DNA of 64,000 nucleotides from a virus: IMG/VR virus record IMGVR_UViG_3300002038_000006, positions 154,100 to 218,099 of that record; one strand, 5' to 3'. Shown piece by piece: positions 55,253 to 64,000 of this stretch (position 1 is its first letter; each line of letters starts with the position of its first letter). The notes under the pieces were generated by a model. It saw only the letters and a program-made list of their open reading frames with translations, ran no database searches and was not told where the DNA came from. The position numbers and the translations under genes were made by a program.

Positions 55253-56821
55253 ATGGCAGACCCAATTGAAATAACTGGTATAGTAACCGCAGAAGGAGTT
55301 ACTACCCTACAAGCTGATTTAACTCAAGCAGTTGTAGATTCCTTGGCTAAGACTACCTCAGGTAGTGTATTGTTAGGTGAGGACGGCATCCTTCCACATG
55401 CAATTGCCCTATATGACTCAAGCACTGCCGTGGCAGGTGCTAGGGGAACCGCGGCACTGGGAACCTTAGTTGGATGGGTTAGCCTCAGTGAGGACTATAC
55501 CAATAACGTAGACGCCTTACGAGGTAACCGTAACCTAGAATTAACTACTCGTGAGACAGTAGATGCCAAGACAGAAAAATATACCCTAGTCGGTGAGTTT
55601 GGTACAGTTCAGGCGGTAGGTAACATAGACCGCATGGCTCTCTTTGGAGCCACTGTACATAACCACCAACACCGCAAGGACTATGAAAGTTCAGTGGGTT
55701 ATATTAGCAACTGCTTTAAGATGCTAGGTAGACATAGTGAGAACGCCTTTTTGGCACGTCCCATTGATGCTACTTCTGTAGCTAACATCACGGCTTCTAT
55801 GTCTTTCTCAGACGTCACTAACGGTAGAATGATTACCCCTAAGGTTTGGGACAATAGTAATAGTAAGGACTATACCCTTATATTAAGTTCCGAATTTGGT
55901 GAGGACATGCGTATAGCTAAATACGATGAGTTCTATGAACCTGAAGAGGTAGTTATAGAACTACAGGAGTCTTCATGGAAGAGCTGGAGAAATAACAAAG
56001 CCAGACTAGCTCCAAATGGAGACATCTACTTATTTGAAGCCTTTTCAAGCAAGCAATATATTACGGTTTATAAATATAGTAGAGCCGCCAACTACGAAGA
56101 CCCAGAACATATGGTCTTAGAGTTACCTGAGGAATGTCTATCGTTCACGACCTTACAGTATCGCATTAACGATGAGGGAGAACTGAGAATTTTCTACGTT
56201 CCAGCCTACAGCGATAAACGATTAAAGGTTTGGTTGTATGACCTTAATACCCTGACAGCCACTTCCGAAGTAGTAGACCTTGAGTTACCACACCCATTTA
56301 CCAACAATTATAGTCCTAATGACTTAATTATGGATGAGACGAATCGTACTGCAACATTGCTTACGAATAGGTTATCTAACCTTGGTACCTCTGGTGACGA
56401 TAGTTACCACTATAATAGTGAATATGCCATATGTTCGGTATTCGCGGTACTGTTTGACCTAGAGGACAAGGACGAGCCGGTACTCATTGGTCTAGCAGCT
56501 ACAGGCGACGACGATAACGAGAATACCCCATCTACTGAGTGGGCCTTTGGCGGATTCGGCTATAAAGCATATTCACCGATATTCGATGGCGGTAGAGAGT
56601 ATTATCGTTCCGCAGCTCGCACACAAGGGTTCTTTAACTACGACCATAAACGTGGGGTACTGAGCAACTACATGCATCACCATGGTACAGTATTACAATG
56701 GGGTTATTTAGGAGCTCCCCATTTTAGCTCTGCCTTAGCAGTAGTTGATGTTCCTGAAGTAGCTAAAGGTAACGATGCTCAAATGCGAGTACTGTTTGAA
56801 TTTAGCGTTACTTCACCGTAA
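55253..56821 (+). CDS. Putative receptor-binding/structural protein, paralogue B
   Basis: As paralogue A; divergent beta-rich middle. Confidence 0.6.
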   Translation: MADPIEITGIVTAEGVTTLQADLTQAVVDSLAKTTSGSVLLGEDGILPHAIALYDSSTAVAGARGTAALGTLVGWVSLSEDYTNNVDALRGNRNLELTTRETVDAKTEKYTLVGEFGTVQAVGNIDRMALFGATVHNHQHRKDYESSVGYISNCFKMLGRHSENAFLARPIDATSVANITASMSFSDVTNGRMITPKVWDNSNSKDYTLILSSEFGEDMRIAKYDEFYEPEEVVIELQESSWKSWRNNKARLAPNGDIYLFEAFSSKQYITVYKYSRAANYEDPEHMVLELPEECLSFTTLQYRINDEGELRIFYVPAYSDKRLKVWLYDLNTLTATSEVVDLELPHPFTNNYSPNDLIMDETNRTATLLTNRLSNLGTSGDDSYHYNSEYAICSVFAVLFDLEDKDEPVLIGLAATGDDDNENTPSTEWAFGGFGYKAYSPIFDGGREYYRSAARTQGFFNYDHKRGVLSNYMHHHGTVLQWGYLGAPHFSSALAVVDVPEVAKGNDAQMRVLFEFSVTSP

Positions 56822-56879
56822 CATTAATAATGTATCAGGGACATCCTAGGGGTGTCCCTATTCTAACTAGGAATGAACA

Positions 56880-57317
56880 ATGAAAACTAAAGCATTTACC
56901 AGACATCGAGTTAATTCGTTTATCCCCACTGTATCAACGCCCGAAGTTGAGGTCGTGGAAGAACCAATTAAGAAGTCTGTACCCACGGGGGCACCTAGCT
57001 TCAAGACCCTAAACCATGTTGGTGTTCTTTTACCAATGGTAGGTGAAGCTGGATGGCTTTCCGATAGTGACGCTACAGTTACTAAGATAGAGGCGTTTTT
57101 AGGAACTGTCTCAGCCGGTGGGGACGTATCTTTACTCCTTAATAAGAATGGAGTAATGCAGGATAATATAGATATAGCAACTGGAGAAACTTCAGTTATT
57201 ATGGACGAGTTGAATATATCTTTAGTCGATGGCGATGTTCTTACAATGGACATCGTGGCAGTTGGAAGCGACTATCCCGGTAAAGACCTAACCTTACGAT
57301 TAACATATAACGGATAA
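56880..57317 (+). CDS. Small beta-sandwich fibre-associated protein
   Basis: AGGA RBS; GDVLTMDIVAVGS..PGKDLTL pattern. Confidence 0.55.
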   Translation: MKTKAFTRHRVNSFIPTVSTPEVEVVEEPIKKSVPTGAPSFKTLNHVGVLLPMVGEAGWLSDSDATVTKIEAFLGTVSAGGDVSLLLNKNGVMQDNIDIATGETSVIMDELNISLVDGDVLTMDIVAVGSDYPGKDLTLRLTYNG

Positions 57318-57326
57318 GGAAAAGAA

Positions 57327-58289
57327 ATGGCTCTGTTTAAATATATAGTATCTAGTACACCTACTAACGTTACTGACTTTAAAGGTGATGTTGCTAAGGT
57401 ACTAACTGGGGAATATGACCCTAATGAGTTATCTAAGAATTGTGACAAAAAGTCTGGGTTCGTAGAAGCTAGTACCCCACTTGCTGAAGATAGACAATTT
57501 ACTTTGGTGAAACACGATTCTGAGTACACTATAGTGAAGCGCCCGCACTCAAAGATTCCATCTAGGGATTTGTTTGTGGATATAGTTACCCCTACCAATA
57601 AGATGATTAGGTTAGCCTCACTAGGTAACTTCGATGGCGGTAGAGTTGACCCTGCTTCAAACTTAACTAACACAAGCTTGAAGTTTAACCAGAGCTGTCT
57701 TAGCTTAGTTGCTGGTGCAGTCATCTATATCGGTATCACTGAAACTAACGTGTTTGTCTGTGCGCACAATGGTTCGAATACTGCGATGCATGGTGAGTTA
57801 TTTGAGCTATCTTCGGATAATGGCTTCTTCAGTTACGAAACTGCTCCTAAAGATACCATATTTGCAATGGAACTATGTTCACCATATTATTCCTCAGCAG
57901 TGAATCTACCTAGAGCATGTGGTAAAACATCTACTCCTGTATTACACGAGAGACCTGATTACCTAATGACTGTAGTGCAACACTTACAATACACGTTCCC
58001 GTTACCGTCTAGACCAGTAACGTATATGTCTAATGCGTTCTACCCCTTACCTCTTCCGGGTGGTAAACAAGGACTACCATTAATGCCAGCAAGACCACAA
58101 CCAGTAAATGGTCATGTATGTGGTAGTCAGTATGCAATGGGCGGTGTTTACCAAGCAGGTGTTAGAGCCATAGGTTCCATGTTAGGTAAAACCATACGTA
58201 ACAAAGATGTGGGTAACCTATTGGTACTATCGGTACATTCTAACAGTAATGGTAATTCTTACCAAAACTTATATATTGCTGGGGTGTAA
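57327..58289 (+). CDS. Hypothetical fibre-cluster protein
   Basis: AAGGA RBS; 320 aa. Confidence 0.65.
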   Translation: MALFKYIVSSTPTNVTDFKGDVAKVLTGEYDPNELSKNCDKKSGFVEASTPLAEDRQFTLVKHDSEYTIVKRPHSKIPSRDLFVDIVTPTNKMIRLASLGNFDGGRVDPASNLTNTSLKFNQSCLSLVAGAVIYIGITETNVFVCAHNGSNTAMHGELFELSSDNGFFSYETAPKDTIFAMELCSPYYSSAVNLPRACGKTSTPVLHERPDYLMTVVQHLQYTFPLPSRPVTYMSNAFYPLPLPGGKQGLPLMPARPQPVNGHVCGSQYAMGGVYQAGVRAIGSMLGKTIRNKDVGNLLVLSVHSNSNGNSYQNLYIAGV

Positions 58290-58291
58290 CA

Positions 58292-58530
58292 TGCTTACTG
58301 GTATTGACGAAACCATAACTACTGAAGTGATAGCAGACGACGGTAATGTCATCGGTGTTGGTGGCAATGCCTACGATGAGTCAATGTCACTTAGCCCTGC
58401 GAATATGGGCGAGTTGGAATTAACAGAGAATAATTTCACTTACCGTACTGGTATCTGTTTAAGTAAGTATCATGGCGATGATGGTGAGGGTTCTCACGAG
58501 TATGTAAACATTGTACAATATTGGAGTTAA
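58292..58530 (+). CDS. Small hypothetical protein (start MLTGIDE)
   Basis: ATG immediately after the upstream stop, preceded by GGGG. Confidence 0.55.
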
Positions 58531-58536
58531 AGTAAT

Positions 58537-59040
58537 ATGGGCATTATAAAGAAAACCCTAGCTATACTAGCACCTGAAGTGACCGTAACTGGGGATGATA
58601 ATGAATTTAGTGAAGAAGTATATGACTCACTAGACATCACTCCTGAAAAGTATAAGCCTAGTTGGGTAATGGTGGAAGTGACCGCTCAGGATGAGGGACT
58701 ATTGGAACCTACAGTATCTGCATACAGCAGAATTACAATTGGTAGTCTGTGGGATAGGTTTAACTTAATGGAAAGAGATTTCATTAATAACTCAGCCGAC
58801 CCTGTAATTCCTAGACCAGAGGGCAGTACTATACCACCTTACGATTTCGTAATTCGTGATATCGTTAAGAGTATGAGCTACTACGGTTATATTAACCTAG
58901 AACTAGAAACGTTTGGTCATGGTATGGGCTATATCTGTAATAGTCTTTACAATGCTGGAATCATCAGCGATATTGGCGTACGTTTGAACGAACTTCTGGT
59001 AGAAGGTACTTCTGCTGAGTTGTATCATGGCCCAGCTTAG
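58537..59040 (+). CDS. Hypothetical protein, possibly a fibre assembly chaperone
   Basis: Small acidic protein in the fibre cluster; function inferred from position only. Confidence 0.5.
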   Translation: MGIIKKTLAILAPEVTVTGDDNEFSEEVYDSLDITPEKYKPSWVMVEVTAQDEGLLEPTVSAYSRITIGSLWDRFNLMERDFINNSADPVIPRPEGSTIPPYDFVIRDIVKSMSYYGYINLELETFGHGMGYICNSLYNAGIISDIGVRLNELLVEGTSAELYHGPA

Positions 59041-59215
59041 GTTGGGTGGAAAAAACAGGTTAGCCATATCCCTACTTTTATGTAGGGTGGTTGTCGAGAG
59101 CAAATTGGAATACCCCCTACGTTATCGTCCTGAGGGGCGGTAACTTCAATGGGACTAGCAGGCCAATGACTCTCGCAAACATTTTATATCCGGTAACCCT
59201 TAAGGAATCCTAAAA

Positions 59216-60304
59216 ATGACCGTTGAAATTCGTGTTAAAACTGGTTTAGAATCAAACCGTCTGGCGTACACGCCTTCTCTTGGTGAGCTTCTTGTAACCA
59301 CCGATACTCGCAAAATCTATGCTGGTGACGGCGCTACCCCGGGTGGTGTTGGAATTGGTGCAAGTTGTGAGCTAGTAGCCGATGAACCTGCAATGCTTGC
59401 AAGTAAAGCAATGCCGGGCGACTTGGTATTCCGTTCAGACCTTGGACATGTGTTCGTTCTTGCTGGTGCTGATAGTTCAGTTCTTGCTAACTGGATTGAC
59501 ACTGACGTAACTTCAGCAGCCGATGTTGGACTTGAAAACGTTGCAAACTTCGGAATCAGTGATTCTGTTGACGAAAACGTTTCTAACCAATACGCATCAA
59601 GCAAAGCGGTTTACACTGCTAACCAACGTGCTATTGCCGCTGAGAACAATGCTGTTGCATACGCTGACCAGGTTAAGAATGACTTGTTAGGTGGAGCACC
59701 GGATGCTGCACTTGATACTCTTCTTGATTTAGGTGCTGCAATCACAGATAACGATTCTGAAATTGCTGCTATCGTATCAACTCTTGCTACTAAGCTTGAC
59801 ATTGCTACGTTCGACACTTTCATTGCTCGTACTGATAACCCACACAGTGTAACTAAGACACAAGTTGGTCTTGGTAACGTAGAAAACTACGAAATCACTG
59901 ATGCTGTAACTGAAGACCGTTCAGACTTGTACGCTTCAGCTAAAGGTTTGAAAACTGCGTACGACATGGCTGCCCTTGCTCGCTCTGAATCATTAGATTC
60001 TCAACAGCTAGAAGGTAAGACGTTAGCAGAAGTTATCGCTCAAGCGCAAGCAGGTCTAGCTACAGATGCTAACCTACAAGCTCACTTGACTGATACGGAT
60101 AACCCGCATAACGTTACTAAAGCACAAGTTGGCTTAGGTAAAGTAGAAAACTTCAACGTTGCTGAAATCTTAGCACACGATGCAGTTACTAAAGCGTCTT
60201 CTGATAAATCAGAAAGCATCGCTACTACCAACTTTGTTCACAACAAACTTGTTGATGACAAATACTTGAAAGACGGCGACGTTCTTGACGGCGGCACATT
60301 TTAG
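59216..60304 (+). CDS. Tail fibre protein with MTD-type N-terminus and DNPHxVTKxQVGLG repeats
   Basis: GELLVTTDTRKIYAGDG.TPGG; APDAALDTL; two NPH.VTK.QVGLG.VEN repeats. Confidence 0.75.
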   Translation: MTVEIRVKTGLESNRLAYTPSLGELLVTTDTRKIYAGDGATPGGVGIGASCELVADEPAMLASKAMPGDLVFRSDLGHVFVLAGADSSVLANWIDTDVTSAADVGLENVANFGISDSVDENVSNQYASSKAVYTANQRAIAAENNAVAYADQVKNDLLGGAPDAALDTLLDLGAAITDNDSEIAAIVSTLATKLDIATFDTFIARTDNPHSVTKTQVGLGNVENYEITDAVTEDRSDLYASAKGLKTAYDMAALARSESLDSQQLEGKTLAEVIAQAQAGLATDANLQAHLTDTDNPHNVTKAQVGLGKVENFNVAEILAHDAVTKASSDKSESIATTNFVHNKLVDDKYLKDGDVLDGGTF

Positions 60305-60344
60305 TACCCCTGAGACATAACCGTCTCTTAGGTAACTAAGTGTC

Positions 60345-60386
60345 AAAAAAAAAACAGGGGGCTTAGGTTCCCTGTTTTTTGACGTC
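60345..60386. terminator. Bidirectional terminator
   Basis: A-tract-CAGGGGGC-TTAG-GTTCCCTG-T-tract-GACGTC. Confidence 0.8.
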
Positions 60387-61147
60387 TAGGGAAAGATATG
60401 TTTAATTATATCTACCGCAGACTGCTTCCCGTTCTTCCATGCTTCGTGTACTTTCCAGACCTCAGTACCTATTTCCCTTGCTAGTTCGGATAACGATAAC
60501 CATTTATTATCTAAGACTACAAAGTTCTTCTGACCCTGTACGGTACGTTCCGTATCATCCATGTATACTCTCCAACATTGACCATAGTACATCTGACTTA
60601 ACTGTCGACGTATAGTTGACTGAGCTACTCCTGTAAGTTTAGAGGCCTGTCTAATGGACTCATATAACTCTATGGTGCCATCTGGATATTCCCTTATGAC
60701 CTCAACGTCTCCCCTACCTACCGGTTTCAAAGCCGCTATTTCGTTAGGTAACTTACCTTGACGAATATGGTAAACTACAAAACTGTAGGGTCTATCAATC
60801 TCCTTGGCAAGTTGAGCTAGGGTATAAGTCTTACCTTTATAGAGGGCAGTGATATTCCTACTAGTATTGTTGTTCTGGGTATGGTTGTCAGCCCACCTAA
60901 CATTACCCGGTTCATAGTTACCGTCGCTATCAATCCTATCTATTGAGTGTAATGGTGTAGGTTTAGGACCAATGTAATCGTAAAAGGACATGAAGTCCTT
61001 TACCCACTCGTCATGTATTGATATGCCACGACCGCCATAACTATGATATTTCTCATGTTTCACATCATAGCACCTAGTCTTAATTTTAATCCAAGTTCTG
61101 TATTCAGGGGCATTTGTCATCCCATGTAACTTATAACTCTTCTTCAT
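60386..61147 (-). CDS. Free-standing HNH homing endonuclease with NUMOD1-like DNA-binding domain
   Basis: YGGRGI...HSIDRIDSDGNYEPGNVRWA; YESIRQASKLTGV..STI. Confidence 0.85.
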   Translation of the reverse strand: MKKSYKLHGMTNAPEYRTWIKIKTRCYDVKHEKYHSYGGRGISIHDEWVKDFMSFYDYIGPKPTPLHSIDRIDSDGNYEPGNVRWADNHTQNNNTSRNITALYKGKTYTLAQLAKEIDRPYSFVVYHIRQGKLPNEIAALKPVGRGDVEVIREYPDGTIELYESIRQASKLTGVAQSTIRRQLSQMYYGQCWRVYMDDTERTVQGQKNFVVLDNKWLSLSELAREIGTEVWKVHEAWKNGKQSAVDIIKHIFP

Positions 61148-61181
61148 TGGTTTACTCTCTTAATAATTCTATATATGCCGC

Positions 61182-61805
61182 TTAGTCTTCTAGGTTATCT
61201 AGAACAGCACAAATCTTTTTAGTCCAAGTTTCGTTTTTATCGCCACCGATAACTAACAGCTCATCCGGACTAAACCAACCATGCATGTCTAACTCATCTT
61301 CTTCAGGGTTAGGCATAATGTTTGCTTGGTCGACATATACTACTGTAACCAATGCAATGTATTGACGGTCCGTAATTGTTTCATCTGCCGCGATAGCTAA
61401 GTCAAGTGTTTTGGCCTCGATGATTTCAACATTCTCACCAATGATGACTTCTTCAGAGGTCTCACGTTCGGTAGCAATAAGGATAGAACGTTCAATATCA
61501 ATAACCGAAACATTATGCTTTAGGTCACTTAATTCAAAGTGACCGCCAATACCAACAGTTATCTTACCACGTAACGATTCATGTTGATGGTCCATCTTAC
61601 GCTTAAAAGCAGCCACTTTACCGTGACAGACGAACACTGTTAAGGGAATAAGTTTACGGTAGTTGAAATCGTTTAACAGAGAAGCTCTGCGCTTAAGTAC
61701 GATATGGTCAGATAAGTTTTCAGGTAACTTAGTAATACCATCAGTTCTTTCTGTAACTACTGATGCGGGAATAGCTACGATGTGTTCTTGGTGTTTCTTA
61801 GACAT
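61182..61805 (-). CDS. NUDIX hydrolase
   Basis: GIGGH...ATERETSEEV Nudix box. Confidence 0.8.
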   Translation of the reverse strand: MSKKHQEHIVAIPASVVTERTDGITKLPENLSDHIVLKRRASLLNDFNYRKLIPLTVFVCHGKVAAFKRKMDHQHESLRGKITVGIGGHFELSDLKHNVSVIDIERSILIATERETSEEVIIGENVEIIEAKTLDLAIAADETITDRQYIALVTVVYVDQANIMPNPEEDELDMHGWFSPDELLVIGGDKNETWTKKICAVLDNLED

Positions 61806-61991
61806 TGTATAACTCCAAATTGGTTAGTCTCAATAAAATAAATTTAATCTATAATAAATAACCCGACTAAAAAATAAGCTTATTACTAATAGCAAAAGAT
61901 TACGGGCTATCCTATGAGCGGTGTCTCCGGGGATACTGCTATTGGTATTAATTTACCCGTCATTTTTTCGAAAAAAATATGGAGAACTCCA

Positions 61992-62354
61992 ATGATTGTT
62001 TTGGATTTTATAGTGTCGACTGAAAGTGGGCGCAACAACTTCATTCCCGAGTCCGGACAGTTCCTAGTTTGTACTGACTCAGAGAAGTTGTATCTAGGCA
62101 ATGGTCAAACCGTTGGTGGTGTACCTACCACTAAGAAAGCGGTGCGTTTAAGTGCAGGTCTCGATGAGCTAGGACTCAAAGAAGACTTGGAATCACATTA
62201 CGTAATTACCTTGCCAGATGAAAAGATTACCGACGAAGAAGAAGGTAGCCTATTCTTAATCACCGATGAGGGTTCCAACAATCCTTTATTTGGTGCCCCT
62301 ACATTACCAAACCCAGATGACCACCTTGTTGGTGACATCGTGTTTGTTTATTAA
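61992..62354 (+). CDS. Short protein with MTD-type N-terminal domain (start MIVLDF)
   Basis: GGAG RBS; GQFLVCTDSEKLYLGNG.TVGG. Confidence 0.6.
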   Translation: MIVLDFIVSTESGRNNFIPESGQFLVCTDSEKLYLGNGQTVGGVPTTKKAVRLSAGLDELGLKEDLESHYVITLPDEKITDEEEGSLFLITDEGSNNPLFGAPTLPNPDDHLVGDIVFVY

Positions 62355-62362
62355 AGGAGTCT

Positions 62363-64000
62363 ATGATGCAGCAATTAGATGTTTTAATGCGCGACCAGCA
62401 TTCGTTGCTCCGAGTACGTAAAATTGTACAGAAGCAAACCGATGGTACATGGGGTACTCAGTACTCTTTGGACAACGATGCTGAAGTAGAAACGGTTTGG
62501 GAAACGGGTGTAACCACACAAACTCAGTGGGGTTCAATTTTTACTACGTCACATAATACCATCAGTGGTTTTGAAACTGATGTTGTAACTAGTGCGGAAA
62601 CTGCCACAGCGTGGATTACAGACCGTACTACAGACGTGTCAAGAATAACAGCAGCTACGACGGAAACGGAATGGACGACTAATCGCGTCACTGAACATAC
62701 TACGTCACAGGAAACACAGACTGAGTGGGATATTTCAACCACTACTGTGTTTACCACTGTTATTGCAACTACAACTAACTGGTCTTCTTCGCGCCAGACT
62801 GATTATAGTTATTCTAAGGCCACGGTCACGAACTGGTCTACCTCTGTAGATACGGATGTCATAACTAACCGTAATACTACAACCACTTGGACCACCTCAC
62901 ATTCATCTGATACAATGTGGGTAACTGGACATACTACAGATTACGATGTGAGTGCCAGTACTACAACCACTTGGACCACCTCATTTAATACTAATAGGTC
63001 TACAAACACCCAGTGGTTAACCGGTAAGACTACTTCCAACGTTACTGTTAAAAGTACCACGACAACTTGGGACACTGCTAAAAGTACTAGTAAATCAACT
63101 ACTACTACCTTTGCAACTAATAGAGTTACGTCTAGAAGTACAAATAAAAGTACTACTACGTCCTTTAGTACGTCCATGTTAACTTCGCATACGACAACTA
63201 CTAGTTGGACTACTGGCAGAACTACTACCTACGGTACTAGTAAAACCACTACTACTGTATTTGGTACATTATTTGGCACTAGCCATACTACCGATACTAC
63301 ATTCAGTACTGGCAGAACTACCTATTTCGGTACTTCTAAAGCAACTACAACTAGTTATGTAACCTCGTTCAATACTAGTAAAACCACTACTACTGTATTT
63401 AATACCAATAGAAATACCAATAGAAATACTAGTAGGTCCACAACCACTAGTTTTACTACTAGCTTTGGCACTAACCATGCCACCAGTAGAAGTACTACTA
63501 CGACATGGGCAACTAGTGGAACAACAGGTTGGAGTACTAGTAAATCAACTACTACTACGTGGACTTCTAATTACAATACGTCTAGAAGCACTAGCAAGTC
63601 TACGACTACTACTTTCAGTACTAGTAGAGTTACTAGCTTTAGTACTTCTAAGTCAACTACTACTAGCTACACTACTAGTTGGACCACTGGTCATTCGACT
63701 AGTAAGTCTACCAAAACAGCTTGGAATACAGCACGTACTACGTATTGGAATACTAGTAAAGGTACTACTACTGTATATGGTACTAGTAGAACTACTGGTC
63801 ATTCGACTAGTAAAACCACTACTACTACTTACGGTACTAGTAGGGTCACTACGTGGAATACTAATAAGTCTACTACGACAACTTGGGGTACAAGTAAAAG
63901 TACAAGTAGGGCTACAAGTAGAAACACGACTACGTCTTACAATACTTCATTTAATACTAGTAAATCAACTACTACTACCTATGGCACTAGTAGAACTACT
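62363..64000 (+). CDS. Unannotated Thr/Ser-rich periodic repeat protein (3'-truncated, at least 546 aa)
   Basis: AAGGAG RBS, ATG at 62363, no stop to the window end; units such as TSKSTTTTF / TSRSTTTTW. Confidence 0.85.
   Translation, partial: MMQQLDVLMRDQHSLLRVRKIVQKQTDGTWGTQYSLDNDAEVETVWETGVTTQTQWGSIFTTSHNTISGFETDVVTSAETATAWITDRTTDVSRITAATTETEWTTNRVTEHTTSQETQTEWDISTTTVFTTVIATTTNWSSSRQTDYSYSKATVTNWSTSVDTDVITNRNTTTTWTTSHSSDTMWVTGHTTDYDVSASTTTTWTTSFNTNRSTNTQWLTGKTTSNVTVKSTTTTWDTAKSTSKSTTTTFATNRVTSRSTNKSTTTSFSTSMLTSHTTTTSWTTGRTTTYGTSKTTTTVFGTLFGTSHTTDTTFSTGRTTYFGTSKATTTSYVTSFNTSKTTTTVFNTNRNTNRNTSRSTTTSFTTSFGTNHATSRSTTTTWATSGTTGWSTSKSTTTTWTSNYNTSRSTSKSTTTTFSTSRVTSFSTSKSTTTSYTTSWTTGHSTSKSTKTAWNTARTTYWNTSKGTTTVYGTSRTTGHSTSKTTTTTYGTSRVTTWNTNKSTTTTWGTSKSTSRATSRNTTTSYNTSFNTSKSTTTTYGTSRTT

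Noticed and set aside
51253-62354. Diversity-generating retroelement suggested by MTD-like domains
   Set aside because: Only the N-terminal module is shared; no reverse transcriptase and no adenine-mismatched repeat pair seen here.
62524-63478. Val-rich minus-strand ORFs
   Set aside because: Antisense shadows of ACN codons in the Thr-rich gene.
62860-64000. Repetitive DNA as a possible CRISPR array or DGR template/variable repeat
   Set aside because: Repeats are codon-level and in frame, with no constant repeat-unique spacer pattern; no cas or reverse transcriptase gene in the window.
1-64000. tRNA/rRNA genes and alternative genetic code
   Set aside because: No cloverleaf with T-loop GTTCRA in intergenic gaps; long ORFs read normally in the standard code, and the breaks are frameshifts rather than in-frame stops.

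Overview
This 64 kb window comes from a phiKZ-related (Chimalliviridae-like) jumbo phage, probably infecting a Gram-negative host (it carries a two-component spanin pair and a proteobacterial-type thioredoxin). Core genes include the prohead protease, three virion RNA polymerase subunits, a tape-measure-like tail protein with an M23 peptidase, UvsX/RecA, RNase H, SbcC, spanins and a baseplate spike. The window also holds an early-type array of small accessory genes and a large tail-fibre/adhesin cluster. The strongest result is that the vRNAP beta gene is split by a 1,538-nt group I intron (8229-9766, minus strand). Its splice sites, P1/IGS, P3, P7 and P/Q/R/S elements can be read directly, and a zinc-finger-repeat PD-(D/E)XK-type endonuclease sits in the P1 loop behind a late-promoter-like motif. 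Other notable observations: (1) a hydrolase-like domain fused to vRNAP beta-prime behind a putative maturation-protease site; (2) a conserved TGNCGT-type motif next to most terminator hairpins; (3) a fixed-spacing TAC-N15-TATAG promoter-like motif; (4) a structured ~550-bp non-coding island; (5) a Tad2-like anti-defence protein; (6) several frameshifts; (7) an unannotated, extremely Thr-rich periodic ORF that runs off the right end. phiKZ gene-number equivalences come from recalled motifs and synteny, not from database searches.
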